64,000 nt of DNA from Bryobacterales bacterium (GTDB taxonomy: Bacteria; Acidobacteriota; Terriglobia; Bryobacterales; UBA6623). Under the pieces are notes generated by a model, which was not told the origin of the DNA, made no database searches, and worked only from the letters and a program-made list of their open reading frames with translations. Position 1 is the stretch's first letter. Each line of letters begins with the position of its first letter. A program made the translations under genes and the position numbers. Location: the NCBI GenBank assembly GCA_965219605.1, contig CBDCOC010000004.1:28000-91999 (forward strand), given 5' to 3'. Below are positions 9,406 to 18,710 of this stretch, in pieces.

Positions 9406-9819
9406 GGCTTGGAAATCGTGCCAAGCGCTGGCGACGCCCCGCAGCAGTACTTAGGAGCAGCGCATACCGTGTGCCCATACGTTACCCCGAGCGCCTGCAA
9501 AGGAGCGCACAGGCGGGCCAACTCGCCAAGTACGGGATCTGCCCCGGCACAGCGTTGGTGCCGGGGCGCACTGGCTTGGCCGCAGTGTGCGGCATGCACA
9601 ACGGTTATGGCGGACCAGCACTCCCCTCGTTAGTTCGCCAGCCGGCCCGTGCCCAAGCAGCGCCCAAGCGCGGAGCGTCGTGGCACGACCGTTGCCGCGG
9701 CTAGCAGGGTCCGGTCAGCCAGCGCAGGCCGACCCGGTTAGCGCGGCCGCAGAAATTTTCGGCTGGGGACGCGGGCAGCGTTGTTGCTATGGGGCGCGTG
9801 CCGCCAAGGGCAGCCGGCA

Positions 9820-11541
9820 CTACAGCCCCCACACAGTGATCGGCAGTTCGCCCGCTTGCGGCTCGTGGCGGAACAAGCGCTCGTCCCACGAGCGGTCCGG
9901 CCGTGAGTCGAAAATCAGCAAGTGCCCCGTTTCCGCCCCGCAGCGGTCCATGTACTTGGCCGTCTGCTGGCGCCCTTCACGCAGCAAGCTCTCCCAGCCG
10001 ACTTTGTCCCGGCGCACCTTGCACTCGATGACATACTTGCGCGAACTCACTTGGCTCCCTCCGCTGCGGCCCCACTCGATCAACAAGTCCGTGCGCCCGC
10101 GGCCCACCGCGTACTCGCGCCCGATGCGCCCGCCGCTGTTGACCACCCGCTGCAGATAGGCATGCAGCACCAATTGCGGCCCGGCCTCGGCGTGCCGGTA
10201 GCGCTCCACCCACGACTCGGCGTGCTCGCGGAAATACCCCTGGAACGCGCTCAGCAGCCCCGCCACATCCAAGCCGCCGTCGGCCTGCACGTACCACTCC
10301 GGCTTGACTTGCAGCTCAAGCCCCGATTGCAGTGCTGCGGTCAGCTCGCGCGGTACCACTTCGGCATAGATCGGGTTCGCCATGCGCACTTCGTCCTTGG
10401 CGGCCACCAAGCCCAGATCGCGCACATACTCCAAGTCGCGCAGCGAGTAGTCCCAATCCGCAGACCCGGCCAGCATGGGCAGGATCACGCGCCGCACGCG
10501 CTCTTCGCGCAGCTTGTCCGCGAGTTGGTCGAGGTGCGTCACGCGGCGCACAATCAGCGCTTCCTTGGCCGCCTCGATCGCTGGCACGCCGACGGGCCGC
10601 GCCGGGGCCGTACCAAGCTTGGCCCGGAAGCAAGCCTCATATGCCAAGGCGTTGACCAGCCACGGCTGGCCACAGGTCAGCGCCCACAGGCGCTCGACCG
10701 CCGCCGGCGCGAAGGCTTGCCCGCGCTCGGCCGTGTACTGCACTAGCAAGGACTGCACCTCGTCTGCTGAGAAATCCCCGAGGCGCAGCGACTCGGCCTT
10801 GATGTTGAAGGCACTGCCGCCCCTGACGTTGGCCCCCTCCCGGCTGGAATAGATCTGGTAGTCGCGCACGTCCCGCACGCCGCACAGGATCACGCTTTGC
10901 GGGAAATGCTGCGGCCGCATGTCGTAGCGCGCGCGCAACTGGCGCAGCACCGAGATCAGAGTGTCGCCGACCAGGGCATCGATCTCGTCCAGTAGCAGGA
11001 CCAAGGGCCGCGCCTCGCGCTCCGCCCAGCGCGTGAGGCATTCGGCCAGGCAGGCGTCCGGCCCGCACTCGGCCGCCAGGGCCGCCTTGGACTGCTCCAC
11101 GAAGCCGTCCTGCAACACACGCCGTGCGCGCGTGCCCATCTCCGTTAGGATGGTCTGCATGGCGCGCGCCGTATTCTCCTTGGCCGCTTGGCCGCCTTCG
11201 ACATTCACGTACAGGCAGCGATATTCGCCCGTCGCATTGAGTCGGTCTTGCAGTGCCAGCAAGGTCGAGGTCTTGCCCGTCTGGCGCGGCGCGTGCAGCA
11301 CGAAGTAGCGCCGGTCGGCGATCAGTTCGAGAATTTCGTCCAGTTGAATGCGGTCCAGCGGCGGGATGCAGTAGTGGCGCTGCGCCTCGACTGGGCCTTC
11401 CAGGTTGAACTTGCGCACGCCAGCTTGAGTATGGCACGCAGCGCCGACGAGCAGCAAGCGCGGCGGCCCGGCCAGAGTTCCGGCCACCCCGGCTGGGCGA
11501 GCACCAGACGCCGGTGCCGGCCCCACTCCCCACGACAACAA
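9820..11541 (-). CDS. AAA+ ATPase with C-terminal PD-(D/E)XK nuclease-like domain. The true start is probably near 11418 (VRKFNLEG...).
   Basis: Walker A HAPRQTGKTSTL and a Walker B-like LLLDEIDAL. The C-terminus has GRTDLLIE...YVIECKVRRDK, a D...E.K nuclease motif. The architecture resembles the AAA-ATPase_like/PDDEXK_9 family. Confidence 0.7.
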   Translation of the reverse strand: MLSWGVGPAPASGARPAGVAGTLAGPPRLLLVGAACHTQAGVRKFNLEGPVEAQRHYCIPPLDRIQLDEILELIADRRYFVLHAPRQTGKTSTLLALQDRLNATGEYRCLYVNVEGGQAAKENTARAMQTILTEMGTRARRVLQDGFVEQSKAALAAECGPDACLAECLTRWAEREARPLVLLLDEIDALVGDTLISVLRQLRARYDMRPQHFPQSVILCGVRDVRDYQIYSSREGANVRGGSAFNIKAESLRLGDFSADEVQSLLVQYTAERGQAFAPAAVERLWALTCGQPWLVNALAYEACFRAKLGTAPARPVGVPAIEAAKEALIVRRVTHLDQLADKLREERVRRVILPMLAGSADWDYSLRDLEYVRDLGLVAAKDEVRMANPIYAEVVPRELTAALQSGLELQVKPEWYVQADGGLDVAGLLSAFQGYFREHAESWVERYRHAEAGPQLVLHAYLQRVVNSGGRIGREYAVGRGRTDLLIEWGRSGGSQVSSRKYVIECKVRRDKVGWESLLREGRQQTAKYMDRCGAETGHLLIFDSRPDRSWDERLFRHEPQAGELPITVWGL

Positions 11542-11849
11542 GGCCCCGCCTGATGCTCAGCCCGAAACTCAAATCCTCCAGCCCGGGCGTGAGCAGTGAC
11601 TGGAAAATTATAATTGTCGCCGACGTAAATTTTGGGGCTTATAAGGATCGGTTGACAGATCTGCCGATCTTCGCCAGCTTTCTGCCCTCGTTGCGATCCC
11701 CGTCCAGCACGGCGGCAATCATGGGTTCCTCCTACTCGGCCAGCAGTTCGATCAAGCGCTCAGCCCTTGCCACCCACCGCAGCGATTCCCTTGCTGCATC
11801 GAGACCCGCCAAGGTTTCCGGCGACGGGAGCCGGCCCGCTGGCAGCTAT

Positions 11850-11879
11850 TGCCGCTTGACTTTCAACACGGAAGCTCTG
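11850..11879 (+). repeat. Solo 30-bp copy of the IS110-family right end (TGCCGCTTGACTTTCAACACGGAAGCTCT)
   Basis: This is identical to the terminal 30 bp of the IS110 element at 5815-5844 and nearly identical to 43160-43189. No adjacent transposase sequence is present. Confidence 0.7.
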
Positions 11880-12080
11880 CAGAGAAGAGCGAGACCGGCA
11901 AGCTTTTCAATCCATCCTTAATAAGCACCAAATAATTCTAAGGTCGCCTTCCGCATGGGATCCCGAGACAGGGTTCCGGTCCGTTTGACAATAGACATGC
12001 TCAAGCCTCTCCGAAATCCGTGTACTTCGCGTTCAGAGACATGCTCAGGATACCTCTTTGCGTGTTGCGATCCAGCAGCG

Positions 12081-12460
12081 TCATGGCCGCCAAGCGCCCG
12101 CTGTGTTGATCGTCACCGCCCGCTCGAATTTGCAAACGCCGCTGCGCGGCCTACTTGCACACCGCCGCGAACAGCCCCGGTTCACCGGTGTACAGCACAC
12201 GGTCGTGCTGTGCCCACAGTAGCTCATCAGCTCATCCACACTCCCCCATCTCTGCTGCCCGGCGAAGATCGCGTACACGCCCCCGAGTCCGCCGGCTGGT
12301 CGATCAGGCGGTAATAGCCGCGCATGGCAGACAAGTCCTGTTGTGCTGCACTGAGAAAGGACTTGCGCGGAGCGGCGGTTTGGATCTGCACGCTCTGTAG
12401 CAGCCTCCGACTCCAGCGTACATCGCCCAGCGGGGCCGCTCTGAATTCCTGCTGCACGCA
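12081..12460 (-). pseudogene. IS4-family (Tn5/IS50-like) transposase N-terminal remnant
   Basis: LGDVRWSRRLLQSVQIQTAAPRKSFLSAAQQDLSAMRGYYRLIDQ aligns with the Tn5 Tnp N-terminus (LGDPRRTARLVNVAAQLAKYSGKSITISSEGSEAMQEGAYRFIRN). Downstream frames are broken. Confidence 0.5.
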
Positions 12461-12777
12461 CTCGCCGGAGGCCCGCCGCGGGCAAGCCCAACTCGGCGTG
12501 CCAGTTACGCTCCAGTCATGCAGTCAGATCGCCCCCCGGCCGTGCGGACGATGCACTGCCAGTTGGCGGTTGCCAGCGAACCGCCACGCTGCTCTTGGGC
12601 CACAAAAGCCTCCACGAGCAGGGGCGGTAGCCGTAGCGCCGTATACCGTCGGCGGGCAACTACCGCAGCGCCAGTGCCTTGGGGGACATATTGCGCACTG
12701 CACGCCGGGTCCGATCAAAAAGCGATTCAGTCCTTGCGCTCTGTTTTCTGCAGGCAGCGTGCGCGCTCCAAGCGGGC

Positions 12778-13284
12778 CTAGCGCTTGCTCCTTCTCGATC
12801 GTGCGCGGCTGCCGCTGGCAAGTCTCGTCGGCTCCGTCTCGGTCGCGGGGGTGCCGCCTGCAAACGCGGCGAGGACAAATGCGGCGAGTACGCACAGCGC
12901 GCCGATCGGGACCAGATAGATCCCGATTCCCGGATCAGCGCCGTACAAGCCGAAACCTCCGAGGAAAAAGCCGCCGGGCAGCAGCACGGTGCCCGCTAGG
13001 AGCAGGCGCGAAACCTGCAGTAGACTCGCATGGCGTCCTCCTAGCAGCGCCGATGTCACGCCGAAGACGATGTTGATCAGGGCGAGGAGCGCGCCGTGGG
13101 CGTGCCCCAGCGTGAACAGCAGCCGCCGCGTCTCGTAGGCCTCTTCGAGATACCATCCGGCCTTGAACCCGTGAAACCCTTCCAGCGCGAGGCCCCCGGC
13201 GGCGAACGCGGCGAGCGCCAGCCAGCCGAAACGCACGTGTTTTCTGGCCAGGGATGCGACGGGTTGCGACATTGTCGGGGGCAT
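12778..13284 (-). CDS. Small polytopic membrane protein (hypothetical)
   Basis: 168 aa with about 4 predicted hydrophobic helices. It is co-directional with the cytochrome gene and separated from it by 10 bp. Confidence 0.5.
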   Translation of the reverse strand: MPPTMSQPVASLARKHVRFGWLALAAFAAGGLALEGFHGFKAGWYLEEAYETRRLLFTLGHAHGALLALINIVFGVTSALLGGRHASLLQVSRLLLAGTVLLPGGFFLGGFGLYGADPGIGIYLVPIGALCVLAAFVLAAFAGGTPATETEPTRLASGSRARSRRSKR

Positions 13285-13294
13285 GCGATTAGAC

Positions 13295-15256
13295 CTATTC
13301 GACCAAATGAACCGGACGGTCGTCCCGTTCCGCGAGTAACTTGCGGATCAATTCCGCGTTGGTGCTGCCGTCAGCGGCGAAAAAGGGCGCTGGCAACTCT
13401 TGGGAACCCGGCCTCCAGGCCTCGACAGTCCGGGCCGCTGCCGCCTGCCGCCGGGCCGGGGGATGCAGGAAGTCGTAAGCGAAGTCAGCGCCCCCGAGCA
13501 ATTTCTGCATCGACCGCCCGGCAATGAACCGCACGGCATCGTAGGGGTCGTCCAGCAAGGGGGCAAGCAGCGGCACCTGCCAGGCCGAGCCCGAGGCCTC
13601 GAGAGCCGGCTGCCAGCTGAAGTGCCAGGCTGTGAGCGCCCGGGTTCCGGCATCTCCCCGCAGCAGCCAGACGGGCGCGGCAGGCAGGTGCCGTTGCTCG
13701 TCGTCCAAGGCTGGCGCGGCGATGCCGTACCAGTCGCCGAGGTGCTCTGCGGTCCATCCCAAGGGGCGGTCCAGATGGCAAAAGTTGCAGGCGTTCGGGC
13801 GCCCTGCGGAGAGATCGGCCGCGACAGACGGGCTGGACACCCGATGGCTGCGGGAGGCTTTGAGCAGCCCGTAGCTCGTATGCGGAAGATGGCAGTTCTG
13901 GCAGCGGCTGCCCGCGGACGGCGCTGCATGGTGCGTGTGGGCGGTCAGGGACCCGGCAAGTTCGGCATGGCACTGCGTGCAGGCTGCGTCGCCTCGCATG
14001 CCGGCCTTGAGCCGGTCGTCCGGTTCGCTCTCGTGAATCGAGTGGCAAGACAAGCAAGAAAACTCGCCCCCTGCGAAGCAGGGCGACTCGATCAGTCCGT
14101 TGTATTCCCGGCCGACGACCCGGATCTCGCCGTCGCGCCAGAACCATTCGTCGAGCAACCCCGGCCGCTCCCGCACGAACTGCTCCATGAGTGGTGATTC
14201 GGCGAGTGTCTTGGGCTGCACCACATAGGCCGTCTCGCCAAGGTCATCCCCGGGGCGGTACGGCGCGCCGTCCACGAAGGAGGCAGCCCAGTCCTCGCCG
14301 TTGTATTGCGTGTGGAGAGAGTGGCACTGCCCGCACACCTCTCCTGCCCGGGGCGGGCCGAGCGTGCGCGGTTGGGTGACGCTTGCGTCGGGATGGCCGC
14401 CGATGTAGTGACGGTAGCGCTTGACCGGATTGCGGTTCAGGGCGGCGTGCTCCGCCGCCGGGCCGTGGCAAGCCTCGCATGCTATGCCGGCCTCCGCGAG
14501 CCGCGTGTCCGGCGGGCCTTGGCCGCCGGGCTCGTATCGCGGGCGCCCTCCGGTGGCATGGCACGGAAGGCAGTCGCGGTTCCAGACCTTGCGCGGTTCG
14601 AGCAGGTTCGGCGGTGTCAGGAACACCGAAACACGAGGCACCCAGCGCCGCTCCTCTATCAGGTACGCGAATGGCAGCATGTAAAGCTCGCGACCTTTGC
14701 CGGAGGGGTACCAATAGAGCTGGTAGTGGTGTGACCCGGTGGACATCACAATGCGTCGGGTCACCCGCGGGATCGTGCTGGCGAATTGCCGGGCTTGTGC
14801 AAAGTCTCCCTTTTGCGCCAGCGCCAGGGCTTGGTCGACCATGTCCGGGTCGGCTAGTTCAACCCAGAAACTTCCGCCCGAGCGAAACAAGCGATAGGGC
14901 CGGCCGTCGAAGTAGAGCGTCAAATCCTCGAAATCGGCCAAGACGGTCTCTTCGGTGACGACTTGGGTCATGGTGCGGTGGAAGCCTTCGTGCCAGCTCG
15001 CGTGCTGGCGGGGGTGACAAGGGAGGCATGTGTCGGAGGATGCGTAGCCGGTCGCACTGCGGTCTCCTGCATCGCGCAGAGACAAGGGCCTCTGCGGGAG
15101 AGGAGCGTCCGCTGGCGGATCCCAGTAGGCCACGCCAGCCGCCACGGCCGCCCCCAGCGCCAAGGACAGGGCCAACGATCCGGGACCCGGGGCAAGGCGG
15201 TTCACAACGAGGATCGCCAGCGCGCAGGCAGCCAGGAGCAGTGCGATCTCTAGCAT
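13295..15256 (-). CDS. Multihaem c-type cytochrome (8 CxxCH) with N-terminal membrane anchor and C-terminal HEAT-like region
   Basis: CxxCH motifs: CLPCH (twice), CEACH, CGQCH, CLSCH, CTQCH, CQNCH and CNFCH. The protein has an N-terminal hydrophobic segment. Confidence 0.8.
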   Translation of the reverse strand: MLEIALLLAACALAILVVNRLAPGPGSLALSLALGAAVAAGVAYWDPPADAPLPQRPLSLRDAGDRSATGYASSDTCLPCHPRQHASWHEGFHRTMTQVVTEETVLADFEDLTLYFDGRPYRLFRSGGSFWVELADPDMVDQALALAQKGDFAQARQFASTIPRVTRRIVMSTGSHHYQLYWYPSGKGRELYMLPFAYLIEERRWVPRVSVFLTPPNLLEPRKVWNRDCLPCHATGGRPRYEPGGQGPPDTRLAEAGIACEACHGPAAEHAALNRNPVKRYRHYIGGHPDASVTQPRTLGPPRAGEVCGQCHSLHTQYNGEDWAASFVDGAPYRPGDDLGETAYVVQPKTLAESPLMEQFVRERPGLLDEWFWRDGEIRVVGREYNGLIESPCFAGGEFSCLSCHSIHESEPDDRLKAGMRGDAACTQCHAELAGSLTAHTHHAAPSAGSRCQNCHLPHTSYGLLKASRSHRVSSPSVAADLSAGRPNACNFCHLDRPLGWTAEHLGDWYGIAAPALDDEQRHLPAAPVWLLRGDAGTRALTAWHFSWQPALEASGSAWQVPLLAPLLDDPYDAVRFIAGRSMQKLLGGADFAYDFLHPPARRQAAAARTVEAWRPGSQELPAPFFAADGSTNAELIRKLLAERDDRPVHLVE

Positions 15257-15400
15257 CCGAAAACCTCATCGTCTCGCCTGCCCGCGGATGCCCTTATGGC
15301 GGTGAGGTGATGAGCAATTCCATCCTACACAGCAGGCGCCGGGCTGCTCTCGGGCCGCGGTCCTTCGCGCGGGCGCTGCAAGACTCGCCCTGCGGCCGCC

Positions 15401-17974
15401 GTGGCCCGAATATCCCGCCAGTTTTGCGGTCAGACGGGAGACAGGGCCCCCAGCTGGGGCCATGCGCGCGCAGGGGTGGATTCCTGCCGGAACGCTCCGG
15501 CACTTCCGTCGGCCTTCGGTCCGTTCCGGCCTGCTGTTATACTCCGTTCCAAGGCATTCGCCCAACGTTTCTTGATGCTGCGATCACTCCTCACTTGCAT
15601 CCCTGTCCTGCTGGGTGCTTGGACTGGCATTGCCGCAGCGCCGATAGAGACACTGACACGCTGCGAGAACCTTTCGGGGTGGTCCGGGCGCACAGAGCTG
15701 TCTGATAACGCCCAAGAGGGCAGTGCCGCCGTTGCTGTCTCGATACCCGCCGGGGAGCTTGGGGCGATTTCTTACGATTTCTCCGGATCAGGGCTGAACG
15801 TTACGGACAGGCACAGCCTGAGCTTCTGGTGGCAGGCAGAGGGGGATGCCCTGCGTGATTTCCGGATCCGAGTTCGTGACTACCCGCGGGCCGGTGGCAG
15901 GCCGATCGAATACCGCGTATGGTCGGGAGAGACGCCGCCTCGCGGCTGGCAACTTGCAGTCGTAGAACTGGCGCGGCCCTCTGCTGTCGCGGCCGGCCAG
16001 AATCCGACTGAAGCCCGCCGCTCCGTCACGTTTCGAGCCGTGACCAAGCAAGATTCAGGCGCTCGACTGCTCATCGACCATATCGTCTCCATGGAGCGCA
16101 CATTTTCCTGGCGAGTGCGGGCTCCCCGCCGGGTACAGCCGGTAGCGCTGCCGGGCTTGCTCAAATCCGGCCGGGCCCGCTGGTATTTTCCGATCGAATT
16201 CGAAAATCACGCATCCGCGGCCTTGCCGATCTCGGTGAGCCATGACGGGCAGATCCTGTGGAGCCAGATCTTGCCGCTGGGTGCCAGAGAGGCCCTCGTG
16301 CCCATCCCGCCCGCACTGCTCGATGAGCAGGAGGGGCCGGAGCGAATTCTGATCGCGGCCCAAGTGGCCGGCTACGGGCACAGTCGGAGGCGCTGGCTGG
16401 CAGACTTGCGGCAAGGCGGGGTCTCGCGAACTTGGGAGCAGTTTGTCTCTGCCAGCCAAGCCGGAACGGAACCGATCCTGCCCGATTTTTCCTACGCGGG
16501 CTACCACTACTTCCGGAAGAGGGTTCCCGACGCCATCCATCCAGTCTTCGATGTCACCCGTTACGGGGCGGTGCCCGATGACGACCGCTCGGATCAGGCT
16601 GCGATCGCCAGCGCCATTGCCGCGGCCGAGGCCAATGGCAGCGGCATCGTCTTCTTTCCGCCAGGAGAGTTCTTGGTCAACACCGATGCCGACCGGGACG
16701 CCAGCGGCGCATTGACCCCGATCTACATCCGCGGCAGCAGGATTGTCCTGCGCGGCAGCGGAAGCCGACAGGGCGGCACGGTCATCCGCCAGGTCAACCA
16801 CATGCCGCCAACCGGCAACAATCTATGGTCATCTCCCTACATGTTCAACGCCAGGCCGTCCAGCACATCGTCCCGCGCGCTGGCGAGGGTTACGCAGAAC
16901 GCCGGGCGCGAGACATTCTGGCTCGAAGTCAACAGCAGTGCCAGGCTGAGCTTGGGCCAGCGGGTTCAGGTGCGGATGAACAGCATCGCCGCGGTCGACG
17001 AGTTCCTCGTCCCCCGTTCGCCGGACGACCTCAACCCATTGCTCCGGGCCAGAGGCCTCGACATCCGCGAACTGCACAGCATTGCAGAGATCCAAGGCAA
17101 TCGCATCCGCCTGGCTGAACCCCTCCACGCCAATGTGAACTCCGAGCATGGCTGGAGCGTGCATTCTTTTCCGCATTTGGAAGAGATCGGCATAGAAGAC
17201 ATCAGCTTTCATGGCTCGTTCCTAGAGAAATTCGTGCATCACAAGAATGCCATCCATGACGGCGGCTGGAGCCTGCTCAGGTTCAACCGTTGCGTGAATT
17301 GCTGGATTCGGCGCACATCGTTTGCTAACACCAATCGCGCGGTGAACATAACGAGCAGTGCGGCCGTGTCCGTCTACCACGTGACGCTGGCAGGCAACCT
17401 AGGCCATGCTGCCATTAACAGCCAGGAAAGTTACGGCATATGGACGGGCCTCTCCGAAGATCTTGCAGGCCACCTTCACGGCGCCGGCACGAGCCACGGT
17501 GCCACGGGAACCGTCTTCTGGTGTTTTGACATGCACCCGGGGCAGTCGCTCGACATCCACAAGACCAAGCCGTCCTATGCGAACTTGTACGACCAAGTTG
17601 CCGGCGGCAGGCTTTATGGCAGCAGCGGCGGCGGCGTCCCTCCGCACCACCTCAGGCATCTGGTGTTCTGGAATTTCAACCACGGGGGAGATGACCGCTA
17701 CTACGACTTTTGGCAAGGCTACCTCCGCTTTCTGCACCCCATTGTCGTGGGATTCCATGGCAATCCGGCCACCTTCAACACGCGGAGCTTGGAGATCCTT
17801 GAATCGAATGGCACGGCCGTCGAGCCGGCATCATTGTTCGCGGCGCAGCTGCGCTTGCGTCTCTCCTCCGCTCCCGCCTGGCTGGAAGACCTCCGCCGGG
17901 AATGGAAAATGTTGCGGGATACGCCGCTGCCAAGCTTTCCGATACCGGATTTCGCGGTGTCCCGGCCGGAATAG
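15401..17974 (+). CDS. Secreted right-handed beta-helix (pectate-lyase-fold) protein. The likely start is Met ~15578 (MLRSLLTCIPVLLGAWTGIAAAP signal).
   Basis: The signal peptide is followed by YGAVPDDDRSDQAAIASAIAAAEANGSGIVFFPPGEFLV, which is characteristic of the Pectate_lyase_3 / GH55-like beta-helix N-cap. Confidence 0.6.
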   Translation: MARISRQFCGQTGDRAPSWGHARAGVDSCRNAPALPSAFGPFRPAVILRSKAFAQRFLMLRSLLTCIPVLLGAWTGIAAAPIETLTRCENLSGWSGRTELSDNAQEGSAAVAVSIPAGELGAISYDFSGSGLNVTDRHSLSFWWQAEGDALRDFRIRVRDYPRAGGRPIEYRVWSGETPPRGWQLAVVELARPSAVAAGQNPTEARRSVTFRAVTKQDSGARLLIDHIVSMERTFSWRVRAPRRVQPVALPGLLKSGRARWYFPIEFENHASAALPISVSHDGQILWSQILPLGAREALVPIPPALLDEQEGPERILIAAQVAGYGHSRRRWLADLRQGGVSRTWEQFVSASQAGTEPILPDFSYAGYHYFRKRVPDAIHPVFDVTRYGAVPDDDRSDQAAIASAIAAAEANGSGIVFFPPGEFLVNTDADRDASGALTPIYIRGSRIVLRGSGSRQGGTVIRQVNHMPPTGNNLWSSPYMFNARPSSTSSRALARVTQNAGRETFWLEVNSSARLSLGQRVQVRMNSIAAVDEFLVPRSPDDLNPLLRARGLDIRELHSIAEIQGNRIRLAEPLHANVNSEHGWSVHSFPHLEEIGIEDISFHGSFLEKFVHHKNAIHDGGWSLLRFNRCVNCWIRRTSFANTNRAVNITSSAAVSVYHVTLAGNLGHAAINSQESYGIWTGLSEDLAGHLHGAGTSHGATGTVFWCFDMHPGQSLDIHKTKPSYANLYDQVAGGRLYGSSGGGVPPHHLRHLVFWNFNHGGDDRYYDFWQGYLRFLHPIVVGFHGNPATFNTRSLEILESNGTAVEPASLFAAQLRLRLSSAPAWLEDLRREWKMLRDTPLPSFPIPDFAVSRPE

Positions 17975-18397
17975 GCCTCTTCATTGTCTGGGTCTTCGCA
18001 TGGCCAGCTTACGGTAAGAGCGCGGGCCGCAGCCGCAATCTCGCCATGGCTGGGAGCGCCGCAGGCGCAACCGCTGCCCAAGCGACCGAACACTGCCAGT
18101 CCCGGACATCGGCCAGCACGCCATCCACCCATGCGACCGCCGAAGCATGGGCCGAGCATGTCGCCCGGGCCGGGATCGGGCGTGCGCGCTTGACAGCCCC
18201 TGCCGCAGTTGGTGCGGGCTACGGTTTGGCCGGCACGCTCTCAGAACGTTTTCGTTGTTGCCTCACACTGGCAGCTACACGCCTAGGGCCGGCCGCTGGG
18301 GGCAGGGTTCGAAGGAGAATCCAATCGTGATCTGGACCTGATTCTTGGATAGGTGTGGATCGGCGTCCGTGGCCCATCCCCTGCAGCAGAAGCTCGC

Positions 18398-18710
18398 ATG
18401 GCCAAGCCGGTCTCGATGGTCGAACTGGCAAGCGAGGAGCTGCAGCTGTTGGAGCGGCGTGTGCAGTCTCCGACCGCTTCCCAGCGGGAACGCCTGCGGG
18501 CATGCATCGTGCTGTGGCGGTCTGACGGCTGTTCGCTGCGCCAAGCGGCCTGGCAATTCGGCGTGAGCGCGCCCTGCGTCCGCAAGTGGTCTCAGCACCT
18601 CGACCAACAGGGGCTGACGGGCCTGCTCGCCCGGCCGGGCCGGGGCGTGAAGCGCTCGATTCTGGGAGCCACTGTGCGGAAGATCATCGAGATGGCTGGC
18701 GTAAGATCCC
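18398..18710 (+). pseudogene. IS630-family transposase N-terminal HTH fragment, truncated at the TIR-element junction
   Basis: GCSLRQAAWQFGVSAPCVRKWSQHLDQQGLTGLLARPGRG matches the HTH_Tnp_IS630-type N-terminal domain. No DDE domain follows. Confidence 0.6.
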
